From Selaginella moellendorffii (Eukaryota; Plantae; Lycopodiophyta), in the NCBI RefSeq assembly GCF_000143415.4, contig NW_003314290.1, positions 310,001 through 374,000 of the forward strand: a stretch of DNA of 64,000 bases, written 5' to 3'. Each line of letters begins with the position of its first letter. Within the stretch, counting starts at the first letter, position 1. Below, piece after piece: positions 53,022 to 64,000 of this stretch. A program made the position numbers and the translations under genes. The notes beneath the pieces are model-generated. The model did no database searches, was not told the origin of the DNA, and saw only the letters and a list, made by a program, of their open reading frames with translations.

Positions 53022-53626
53022 GTTTGCACCCCCNNNNNNNNNNNNNNNNNNNNNNNNNNNNNNNNNNNNNNNNNNNNNNNNNNNNNNNNNNNNNNNNNNN
53101 NNNNNNNNNNNNNNNNNNNNNNNNNNNNNNNNNNNNNNNNNNNNNNNNNNNNNNNNNNNNNNNNNNNNNNNNNNNNNNNNNNNNNNNNNNNNNNNNNNNN
53201 NNNNNNNNNNNNNNNNNNNNNNNNNNNNNNNNNNNNNNNNNNNNNNNNNNNNNNNNNNNNNNNNNNNNNNNNNNNNNNNNNNNNNNNNNNNNNNNNNNNN
53301 NNNNNNNNNNNNNNNNNNNNNNNNNNNNNNNNNNNNNNNNNNNNNNNNNNNNNNNNNNNNNNNNNNNNNNNNNNNNNNNNNNNNNNNNNNNNNNNNNNNN
53401 NNNNNNNNNNNNNNNNNNNNNNNNNNNNNNNNNNNNNNNNNNNNNNNNNNNNNNNNNNNNNNNNNNNNNACAAAAAATGATTGGAGAATGGCCTAAATCA
53501 TAACATACCAAACAACCTCAATAGCATGAGGCCACATGCCATTATTCAAACATGCTATTGACACCCACGTGAAATTTCGCATTCACAAAATTGGCATGAG
53601 CCCTCATGCCATTAGTGGTACCACTA

Positions 53627-53818
53627 ATGGCATGAGGCCTCACGCTATCTTTGGCCCCTGCTAGCCTGTTGCTATATTCCTTTTGCCTTGCTGCAACTAT
53701 ATATATTTTTGTGTGCGTAACTAGTCACCCATACAAAAATATATACAGTTGCAGCAAGGCAAAAGGAATATGGCAATAGGCTAGCAGGGGCCAAAGATGG
53801 CATGAGGCCTCATGCTAT
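53627..53818. repeat. ~190-bp foldback inverted repeat
   Basis: Arms of ~90 bp with 8 differences around loop AACTAGTC. Confidence 0.93.
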
Positions 53819-54514
53819 CTTGATATACACACAGCTGCAGGCAAGTAAAAACATACATGACAATACGCTAGCCATGAAATTGCAAGGGCCCAAGATGGCA
53901 TGTGGCCTCATGCCATTTCTAAATGTGGTCCTAAGCCATTCCATGGTGAACATACCAGGAAGCACAAGTGCCGAATATCAAGAGGAAGCGGTAGCCACAC
54001 CAAAGACAGTGCCGCTCGCAACACCGCAACTACTCGTAGCGCTACTCGCAACACCGCAACTGCTCGTAGCGCCGCTCGCACAAACTGCCACTCGCATAAA
54101 CTGCCGCTCGCAATGGCGCTCGCAATGCCGCAACCGCTCGTAGACGCATAAACCACAGCCCACAACGCCGCTTACACAAGTAGCGCTCACTGCGCTCAGC
54201 GGAACCAAGAACACGGCGCACAAAAATGATAGACCTAGGAATGAGTTCGAGAATTCAAAAATAACACACGCTTGAACGTCACATCAAATCCTCTGACAAA
54301 CCAGATCTTATGACTCCTCTGACAAATTTCAAACTGAGTAGCTTCTAGACTTTGCTGTCGGAGGTTGAACTTTGTCACATCATGTCCTTGCCTCGATCCA
54401 GCTGTGCCATGTCAGTGATTTGAACTTTGCCATGCCATGTCAGCGATCCGCGCCAAGATTATTCGCCGTGTAAAGGAATAATTATGCTGTGTGTGTACAT
54501 CCATTTATGGCAAT

Positions 54515-54618
54515 ATAAGGCCACACGCCATTCAAAGAATAATGCTCGACATAAGGCCACACGCCATTCAAAGAATAATGCTCGACATAAGGCCACACGC
54601 CATTCAAAGAATAATGCT
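54515..54618. repeat. 3 x 36-bp tandem repeat carrying palindrome half-sites
   Basis: ataaggccacacgccattcaaagaataatgctcgac x3. Confidence 0.93.
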
Positions 54619-55011
54619 AGTCGAGCATTTTTTGGTGCATTTTTGGGTTCAAAATTGCATGAGCCCACACGCTATAAAGTTTATCTGTACCAAAAATAGA
54701 AACAGCTTTATTTACTTGGGAATTTAAGTGGTTGAGGCATTTTTAAACTTACAAACACATGCCCTACTTACATTCCTTTGGTTGCTTAAAATTCAAAAAT
54801 ATTATAAACCTTTCTTTTTGCATTTTCAATGTTTTCAATTATGGTTTTTGATTTTCGTAGGACCAGCCTAGTAATCTATTTGCATCCCGTCATGTTTATA
54901 GCTAGCTTTCGTTTGTCCCCTTCGCTAGCCTGAGATACATCTGCTCAGCATCTGCCTCTTACAGCATTTGCCCAGAAAGGGCATCTTTCTTCACGCAGCA
55001 TTTGCCACATG

Positions 55012-55044
55012 TTTAGGGTTTAGGGTTTAGGGTTTAGGGTTTAG
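55012..55044. repeat. Interstitial plant telomeric repeat (TTTAGGG)4
   Basis: Directly visible. Confidence 0.95.
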
Positions 55045-56863
55045 CAATTCAGTAGCTTGATAAACATGCAAATACAGAACTTGATGCAAAATCCTTTGAT
55101 ATGTCACAATGCCCCTAGGACCATAAACACATTTCAATAGAGAGGGTCCTTTCATTTCATAACTCCTTACGTAGATCTTGGTGAAACCAGAGTTAGTGAA
55201 GTTAGTTTCTTGTGATCCCGCATCTGATTGTGATGTCCCTTTGCAGTTTCGATGGAAAGGTCAATGCACACCAAACTGTAAAATCTTGGAGCAAAATAAC
55301 GGTCGGATCTATGGCAAATGCCCCTGAAACATTGTAAGGCTCGTGTGGTCTCATGTGGTGTCCGATCGAGATGCTTCTTTGCAGGGTCATCAAGAAAGAC
55401 ATTGTATACCATTCTGTAAAATCTAGTTGCGATCTAACGGTTGGATCTCCAGAAAACTCAAAAACATCTCGCGCGTGTCAGAATATCCTAGGAATATACT
55501 CCTATGTGCCCCTGAAAATGGCATGCGGCCCCACGCCATTCAAGAGATAACGCCAGATGACGCCGATAATTTTTTGGTGCATTTTTTGGGTTCAAAATTG
55601 CATGAGCCCACACGCTATAAAGTTTATCTTTGCCAAATAAAGAAAAGTTTATCTGTGTCATGTGAGGTAGTTACAGTCCTTTGTGCTCGGCATCTGCCTC
55701 TTGCAGCATTTGCACTGAAAGGGAATTTTTCTCCATTCAGCATTTGGCCCTAAAAATGGCATGCGCCCACACGCCATTCAAGGAATAACGCCACAGGACG
55801 CCTGGATTTTTGGGTTTAAAATGTTTAGGGTTTTTTGGGTTTTTTCAAAATATTTTGGGTCCAACGTTTTTTGGGTTTCTTTGGTTCAAAATTGCATGAG
55901 CCCACACGCTATAATATTGATTTGAGAGAAAAATAGAAACAGATAGAATTTCTTTATTTAGCTGAACATCTGCCATTTTTGGAAATACAAGATGCTTTGG
56001 AATATCCAATCATGCATGGTATAAATATAGCGAGGGTATTAAATGATATCCCAATCATGATCTTTCTTTTGGATTTCGCGTGCATGCAGTCCGAGGAATG
56101 ATGACGTTGCGGATTTCTTTTGGATTTTGCGTGCTTGCATGCGCGTGGCAATCCAGAAATTAATGGTGGCGCCCAAGTCCGAGGAATGATGACGTGGCGG
56201 GATTACCAACCGTTGTGACATTTCGCGCGTGTGAGGTTAGGTTTTGCATTTTGCTTTGTACTCGCGCTCGCATCACACTCGCGCTCCCGCTCGCATCGCG
56301 CTCCCACTCGCGATCACGCTCACTTCTCTACAGGTTTCTCGTGTGCATCGGCGTCCACTCGCGCTTGCATCACACTCGCGCTCGCATCGCGCTCGTGTGC
56401 ATCGGCGTCCACTTCAAGACACACCCAGTTTGTAACTTCGCCGCCAACTCCGCCGCCCACTCCGCCACCCACACGCAGCCCACTTGGCGTCCCGGGAGAT
56501 TTCAGCACCACTCTCCAACTGTAAGTGGTAGAGTAGCCTTGCTGCTATGATCCGCTGCACACACAGTGCACATTCGCCAGCGAGTTCGGCCTCGATTGTC
56601 ACGGCCTCCATTCAGCTTCAAATGGTAAGTCTTTTAGACCAAGTAGAAAATGGCATGAGGCCACATGCCATTCAGTAGCAACATTGGCATGCACCGATTG
56701 GGCTCTCGAGTGCAGTCCGGTTACAGATGGCGTGTAGCCTCACGCCATCTTAGGATGCAGCCTCAAGACATCTGATGCAGTGGTGAATGGCGTGTGGCCT
56801 CACGTTATTTCCAGCTGCTAGCTTTTCATCTGTCAGCTCTAATTGTTGTGCATTTCTGAACAG

Positions 56864-59800
56864 GCGAGGAATTGCGTTCTTCTTCCAGCCACTGTCAATG
56901 TGGATGCAGAGAAGGGGGAGGAGCTCACCAGTTGGACTTTCGGGATGGAAGGCGAGGATCTGATGCTGTACAACACAGATGGTGGGAGAAAAGAATGCAT
57001 GGGGATCCTCATCCAAGTGACAGACACTCCATGCAGTTCCATGCAAGAATATGGACTGGCACTTGTGGTAGAGACAGCGTCCGCCTTCAAGATCCACCTT
57101 GCACATCCTAGCGGCTTTCCGGAGGGGGGCAGCGGCTATGAGGAATTCCTAGAGGGAGCTAGGGAGAGGTTGTCCAGGAGGCCCACAATTTCAAAGACGC
57201 TGCGGGTCTATGAAGATCACATGGAATCCACGGACCTCACCTACGGCGATGTTCAAAAACTATATTCCAACATTGAGCCGTTGAGAGTGCCTCCAGTTTG
57301 CGAAGCGAAGGGGAAGGGGGTCGATCTGGAAACTACCCCGAAGCAGAAAAGGGTGGTCAAGCTCAAGCCGACGTCCGACTCTGCTGCTCCAAAAAAGAAG
57401 CTACTCGGTGATGCCATTGCCTCGGGTTCGAACACTACACCCACCAAAAAGAAGAGCCGCAAAGAGCAGAAAGAGCAAGAAGAGGCAACAAAAATCGTCG
57501 CAGATAATAGTACTTGTTACTATTCCAACAAAGTATATACAATCGACGTGAGCCGTATCGAGATCCAAAGCAAATACAACCACAGGCTAGTATCTGATGA
57601 GTGGGTGGAGAAACTGAAGCAGAAGATGCTGGCAAGTCCAGTAACACCCGACATCGCAGACGTGATCCCCTACTACCGAACAATGAAGGGCGAGACGAGG
57701 TTTCCAGACTTGATCAATAGGAAGGTGTTGGACGATCAGAACATCCGGTTCTATGCCGTCTCCGGGCAGCATTCTAGCTTGGCGATGCAACAGATAGTTG
57801 TGGATATTATGGTGGGCGAGGAGGTGAAGAAAGTCTTCAAGACAAGAGTTGTCCACCTGATAAAAGGCAACTCGCCCCTCCGATCTATCATATACATCTC
57901 CCACGCGCAGAATGTCAAGCAAGAAACGTGCTACAAATCGGGTCTGCATGAGACATTGGCACGAACACGGAAGCTCTGGGTTCAACTGAAGGAGCCACAA
58001 AAACCAGGACAAGGACGTGCACTAGCAACTAGCGCCTGGCAGGTAAGCCTCGTTGCATGTGGCATAGCATGTGGCCTCACGCCATTTCCATTGCAGGAAT
58101 TCTCGAGTCTTCTCTCGAAAACACTGGGGGTCAATGACACACTCAGCATCCATAACATTCTACTCGTGACAAAAGTTGTTTTTGACAAATGGGTAGATGT
58201 GCTGAGGAGGTACCATGACGGGGAGTTGCTAAACTCAATGGGTGTGGAGGACAACCGGAAGCCCAATGATTTGAAGCTCAACGCCTTGCGTTTCTCGCGG
58301 TCTCTAGACGACGACGACCTTCTGACAATGGCTAATGCTCTTCTACGTGGTGAGGTAGTCTTCAACAAGACCAAAATGACTCCCGGCCATATTGTGACAT
58401 ACGAGGACTTGTGCACGACTCTGAGAGCTCGTGCGCTATTGAAGGATTGGATCTTCGAGCAAGTGGCCGTGGCGAGGGTGAGCATCGACACCACGCAAGA
58501 GATGATGGAAGAGCTGGACTTGTCAAATGAAGACATCGACGAGTACGTGAAGGGGGCCCCCAAGTTCATCGATCTGCTGCGGGATGCCACGAAAAGTAAA
58601 GCTGAGAAGTTGGATCAGTATCCAAATTTCATTAAGAGGGATGTCGACCGCCGGCTTCAGAAACAGCTCGACCCCGCAGCAGAGGCCTATCGAGAACCTT
58701 ACCGGGTATACGTGAATTCGGATGAGGATCAAAGGTGGAGGAGCATCGTTTCCCGCGGAGATGAGCAGGTCAAGAACATCTTTTGTGTGATGGACTTCAC
58801 AAACGAGGAGATCACTCATGCAGACGAAGTCAGCTCCATCATTGACTTAATGGTGGGACTTGCGGAGGTGGAATCTTCAGTCCACTATATGATCTACGAC
58901 TCCAAATCCTATCACAAGTTCTGGAAGGCCTTGAACGAGGTGAAGGCTCGGTTGAAAGGCAAGGAGATGCGGGAGATCCATGGGATAATGGCTAAGAAGA
59001 AGATACCGACGAATGTCCGCATCTTCACACTCGCCCTTGTTATTGGTCCTGCAGCAGAGTGGGACTGGAGTGACTTCCCAGCTTCGTTCAACAAAGCCGA
59101 TCGAATTGATCTGAGGGAGGTCAATTTACCTGTGCCTGAGGAACTGAAGACGGCTATGGAGCTTTTGAATCCAAAGAAAGCTCCAGGTGCAGCATGGGAA
59201 ATGCTCAGCTGGGTCTTCAACGCAATAGCGGGTGACTCCAAGGGCAAATGCGTTGTCGAGTACAACTGCGGCGGACTATTCTTTCGAGCCGCACTACTCA
59301 AGGGTGTCCCGTGTGTTGCGGTGACAAACTCCATTGAAGAGGTGACTTCAATGGAGCATATAATTACAGTTGCCAAAGAAAAACAGTATCTTCTCTACGA
59401 ACCTGGTGAGTACGCACTTTAAGTTTAAATGTTATCTCACAAGCTCTGTATGCAGGAGCGTGGCCACCCCCAGATGCTGAAACGGTGTTAACAGCTACTG
59501 ATGTTAGGCCGAGGTCACAACCTGCACAAGGTAAGGTCACGTGAGGCCTCACACCATTTTGATTATAGATCGTTGTGAATATTCAGACACGAGGACTGAA
59601 AAGCGCACTAGTGGCGCGTCGAAGAAGGACAAACAGACAAGCAACAGGAAAAAAGGAGGTACAAATTATATTTGCAATGGCGTGTGGTCTCATGCCATTC
59701 CTTGCAGGAGACACTTCTTCAAAGGCAAAACAGGCAAGCACCAGCCAAGCTCAAACTGACAGTGGTCATAAAAAGCGAAAGCACGTTGGACAGTCGTCGG

Positions 59801-62212
59801 GATCAGAGGCGTTTGATTCGAAAAGGAAGAAGGGCAACGAAAAGATGATAGGTAATGCCTCGCAGTTATAGCGTGTGTGCTCATGCCATTCATTGCAGAT
59901 CAAGGGCTGAGTGAAAGGAGCCAGTCACCACCTTCTGACTCAGATTCCTATGGCGGACTCCCCTTCCCCAATCTCAATGGAGAGGTACAATGGATGAGGG
60001 ATGCTTTTCAAGTCAGGGCCACGTTTTTCTCATCTCGTCATCTTCGAAGGGTGCAAGAACATGCAGAAACCATATTAAGACAGTCGGGTGAGGATACGGT
60101 CCTAGGTCACGCACTAAAACAGGCTATGGATGTCTTGTATTTTGAGATGGAGACTCGGCCAGATGATTTTCCCAAGATGGTCCTGGAAAAACAAGCCATC
60201 CAGCCTGAGCAGCCTATGGAAGAAATGCAAGAGGGGGATGAGGAGCCAGAGAAAGATAATGAGCAGGAAGAGCAGAAGGACGAAGAGGAGGACGAAGAAG
60301 AGGAGGATGAAGAAGAGGAGGACGAAGAGGACTTGGATGGTCCTCACAATGGTGACGATCACAATAACGACGATGACGATGATGACGACGATGGCCAGCT
60401 TAAGGTGGCCAAAGAGCAGCGGAGGAAGGTCATACAAGACAAACCATCAGGTAAATAATAGTACATCCATTCCTAACCTTTTACCATTTCTAACATTGTC
60501 CATGTAGGTCGCAGAAGAAATGGTAAGTAGAGATTATTCAGTTGAATTAAGATACAAACTCTAGCCTTTAGTGTCGAGGAAGGATAGTGCCAAGCAAGGG
60601 TCGAAACGTATGTCCAATCCTTCAGAATCAGCAGTGCGCCCAAGTGATATCGGTCCTAGTTCCTCAATAGCAGTTGATGGTAAATACAGTATAGTCGATT
60701 CAATGTGCTAATGAGTTTGTTTTTAGTAGCACGGGAGGATACCATCTCAATCGAAGGGAGATATTTGGACATGCATATGGATCCGCCAGTGGACTCTACT
60801 TGCCTACAAGAGTCATCAGAGCTGGTGGAGGCTACTATCCATATCAACGCCAAGCAAGCTGACCACGCTCCACTTGATGCTGCCCATACCACTGAGTCAA
60901 TCTTGTCCACGTATCCAACTGACGGTGACCAGGCGCCATTGGACCCGCATGAGGCCGCCCCAGCCGCCGAGCCGGTCGTATCCTCATTTCCAACGTGTGC
61001 CCAATCGTCTGACTACGCGCCGTTGGAACCTCCCTACACCGCCCCTGCTGCCTGTTTGGTCATGTCCACTTTGCCAACGGAGGCACCAGCTGAAATGGCG
61101 TGTGATCACACGCCATCGGAACCACCCCATGCCACTGTTGAGCCAGTTGTACCAGAGTCTACAGCTGAAATGGCATGTGCCCACACGCCATCGGATGCGA
61201 TTGACCCCACATTGCAGAGGAGAGTATTTCCGCCCTTCACGTTTCCTCGACCAAAACCCTCTGAACGACCATCGGGAGCACCATCCGCTAATATTGTAGA
61301 TGGTAAAATTGACTTGTACCATTTTTTATGCTGACGCATTTCATTTCAGAGTCACGGCGAAAGTACTGTATCGTTTTTGATCTGAACGGTGTCCTTTTCT
61401 CCCATGAGCGTGGCTCGTCCTCGAATGTCACTGCACCCTCCAAAGCCTGCGGTCGCAAGTTAGTCAAAAGAGACAGATTCACATTAATCACACGGGAGAA
61501 ACTGCAGGATCTAATAATGACCATGCGACACTTAAAACAGAGGGCCGGGTTCAATTTGCAATTGGGAGTTTGGACATCCATGATGCGCCACAATGCATTA
61601 ACGTTGCTACAGATGATGCACGATCAGACGCGAGTAATATTACCATTTGACTTTCTCCTAACGCAGGAGGATTGCTTGACTATGGTCCATGTGAGGGGTA
61701 GCAAGCCCATCTTCGTCAAGGCAGAGGCTGTAGTGATGAACCGGACTGCTAGGTCAAGTGAAATCCTCATCATCGATGACTCGCCGATTAAAACTGCAGC
61801 GAACACGCACACATATACAGTGCACCCCATCTCTTGCAGTATGGAAACTAGGGAGAAGAAACCGTATGTTCTGGGGGACCTTGCAAAACGGCTTGAAGCG
61901 ATGGTGATAGAGAACCGGCCAGTCCAGGAGGTGGCTGCAGAAATCAACCAAATGGCAGATGGAACGGTATATCAGAAGCTATTTGATCGGACAGACACCA
62001 GTCATCATTTATGGCATGTATATTGTCTAGCCAAGCACTATCCGCATCTCCATAATCTGCTCAACCGGATGGGTTCTTCGACCACTGAACATGAGCGTGG
62101 ACGTATTAGAGAAGAGATGGCATTACTATTGGGTTTAAATCCTGATAGTGTGGAGAGTGATGAAATTCCAAGATTATTGTATAGGTGTTGGAGGCAAAAA
62201 ATAACAGTCTGA
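56864..62212 (+). CDS. Sola-like cargo: ParB-like + degenerate methyltransferase-like + acidic linker + FCP1/NIF-like HAD domain (at least 10 exons, ~1630 aa; 5' exons uncertain)
   Basis: Exons 56864-58042, 58097-59405, 59456-59530, 59587-59658, 59708-59851, 59899-60450, 60508-60522, 60572-60679, 60727-61302, 61350-62212 splice in frame (4893 nt). Motifs IDVSRI...NHRLVSDEWVEKL...FYAVSGQHS; CVMDF; VVEYNCGGLFFRAALLKGVPCVAV; IVFDLNGVL, GVWTS, IIDDSPIK. Confidence 0.8.
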
Positions 62213-63739
62213 GATGGCATGTATTTATTTAAAAATGTAACTTATTATGGCATGGGGTTCCATGCCATTGTATTAATATTAAAAGACAATTCTTTGAGAG
62301 GATTTGCATTATACTAGAAGTGTTACAGCATGTTATTGGAAGTCTGCGAAGTTGTTTTATTAATAAGGGGAAAGTAAAGATTGAATGGGGACTTGGGCTC
62401 CACCTAGACTCGGAGCAACTGAGCCAATATTAAAAGGATAGAAAGAAATTGGACGACGATGACAAGGAGAAGAGAGAGGTGAAGCAGTGGCAGGGGGAGG
62501 AGAAGTGATTGAGTAGACATTTCCTTGTTTAAAATAAAATGGCATGTGCCTCAATGCAATTGAATTTTGTTATATTTATATACTATATAAAGGTTTGGAA
62601 ACCTTATTTTACAAGTGGGATAATGACAATTCCCACTTTAACGAAATAGAGCTTAGAAGAACCAACTCTCTCTTTTATAAGCAACAAGCTTATATCAATG
62701 GTTTTTTTTTTTTTCCAAACAATTATATGGCCTTATATAGAATATTATTTCAAATTTAATAACTTTGAAATTTTCATAAAACTGAATTTATTAGCTAGAA
62801 AGCACAGAGTACAAATTTAAAGAAGTGAAAAGAATACTTTTTCTATAAACATCTTATTTTATATTCTAATAAACATCCTTGTTATTGCATATAGTTAATA
62901 TTTAAATTGTTAGAACAAGAAGTGTCCTTTAGAACATTTTTATCTATATAATATGTAGAGAGTTGTGAACTTATTAGGTTTTCCATAACTATAATATTTT
63001 AAAATTTATAATATTTGTATTAAATTAAAATTGAAAATTGAGCTCAACTCATAAACTCAACTTTTCAGCTTGTGAGCTCAAAAATATCTTATCCAACCTA
63101 CGCAACCATTATCCCTACTTTGTCACACTTCGGAGTTTAATGATATATTTACAAGCATTTTGCTTGGTAGTCAATGATATCTTTAAGTAATTTTTTATAA
63201 GTTGTTTAGCATGTTATCTGCAATTTTGGTAGTTAAGCTTTATCATTAAGTTTTTTTTTTATGATACACTTACTATTGAATTTTGTTAGATGGTTAATCC
63301 TATGACTTTATACTCTAATGATCTTAGTGGTTCCTACTCTATATTGGTTTATCGGATGATAACTTAATTGGAATACTTTTGTATTCTAATATAAAACTTT
63401 TTCACTAATAATTTATTCTTTAAGATATCATTATTTTTAACTTTGATATTGTCCATCTATTGATCTTTAGGTTTGTGTTAGTATAGGCAAATTAGCTTTA
63501 ACACTTTATATGCATAATGAAATCTTTAGTTATGGAATAGTTATTGTAGATTGGGCACATCATTTGTCTCTTTTTCAATGTTTTTTATTCCATTGAAAAA
63601 GGTGTGACCATGTAAACAACTTTAATTGCTTGTTTACAATAATCTATCTAAACTTTATCAACCAAGTTTAGTTTATTTGTTCATAAGGGATGAGCTCTCT
63701 GACTTTTCTTCTATACCACCTATAAATAGGGGCATATTG

Positions 63740-64000
63740 TAAGTGACTAAATTTTTCATTTTATTTTAGTTACTTAACCACACTTTCAACCACCTGAAGG
63801 AGTCTCACTCACAACCTCCATAAGTCATATTTCGGACTTGAGGACTTGTTAACCCCGAAAATAGCATCTATGCCACTCAACTTTTGCACTTTGTCCAAGT
63901 GCTCTACGTGTCCGATCCCATGATCAATACCCAAAGGTACCATCGACATATCAATTTGTTACACTAAGGTCATGCCCATTCACCTTTGTCACACTGATGG
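63740..64000 (+). mobile_element. Start of a third L1-like copy, runs off the window
   Basis: Homologous to 28490-28750. Confidence 0.7.

Larger units (their letters stand above)
50854..62652 (-). mobile_element. Sola1-like DNA transposon, ~11.8 kb including assembly gaps, with cargo gene
   Basis: Perfect 22-bp TIRs GCTCTATTTCGTTAAAGTGGGA (50854-50875) and its reverse complement (62631-62652). Possible 4-bp TSD TAGA. Clean insertion into the MULE copy. Superfamily label is tentative. Confidence 0.85.
48230..63081 (+). mobile_element. Decayed MULE copy (48230-50850 and 62653-63081) split by the Sola-like insertion; internal inversion at ~49635-49980
   Basis: Collinear with ~40490-43945. Breaks at gtattctag (50845) and resumes at agaaccaac (62658), matching 43508-43530. 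Right TIR remnant at 63035-63081. Confidence 0.9.

Noticed and set aside
51483-62565. Recurrent palindromes as a CRISPR array
   Set aside because: Irregular spacing, location in introns and exons, variable centre, no cas genes, eukaryotic context.

Overview
Eukaryotic plant genomic DNA. The many ~50-60 bp GT-AG introns, very short intergenic spaces and plant histone promoter motif suggest a compact lycophyte genome such as Selaginella (inference). A small host-gene island holds NUS1/LEW1, histone H4 with a V21H substitution, a GH27 alpha-galactosidase and an intronless USP deubiquitinase. It sits among nested transposons: a decayed and a near-intact Ty3/gypsy element, decayed L1-like LINEs, and two unrelated ~11.8-kb DNA transposons. 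One is Mutator-like (32121-43960, 8-bp TSD AATGAACT); the other is Sola1-like (50854-62652, perfect 22-bp TIRs). Main result: both DNA transposons share one layout, a transposase transcribed divergently from a large spliced cargo gene encoding a ParB-like domain fused to a beta-class amino-(N4C/N6A) DNA-methyltransferase-like domain. The Sola-like cargo adds an FCP1-like HAD domain, and that element is covered with ~20 copies of a parS-like palindrome (ATGGCRTG-N6-CAYGCCAT). The MULE also carries two zf-XS (SGS3-like) zinc-finger genes. Both elements encode the same short peptide, conserved at the protein level. Together these suggest a transposon-borne self-marking or anti-silencing system; that function is inferred, not shown.
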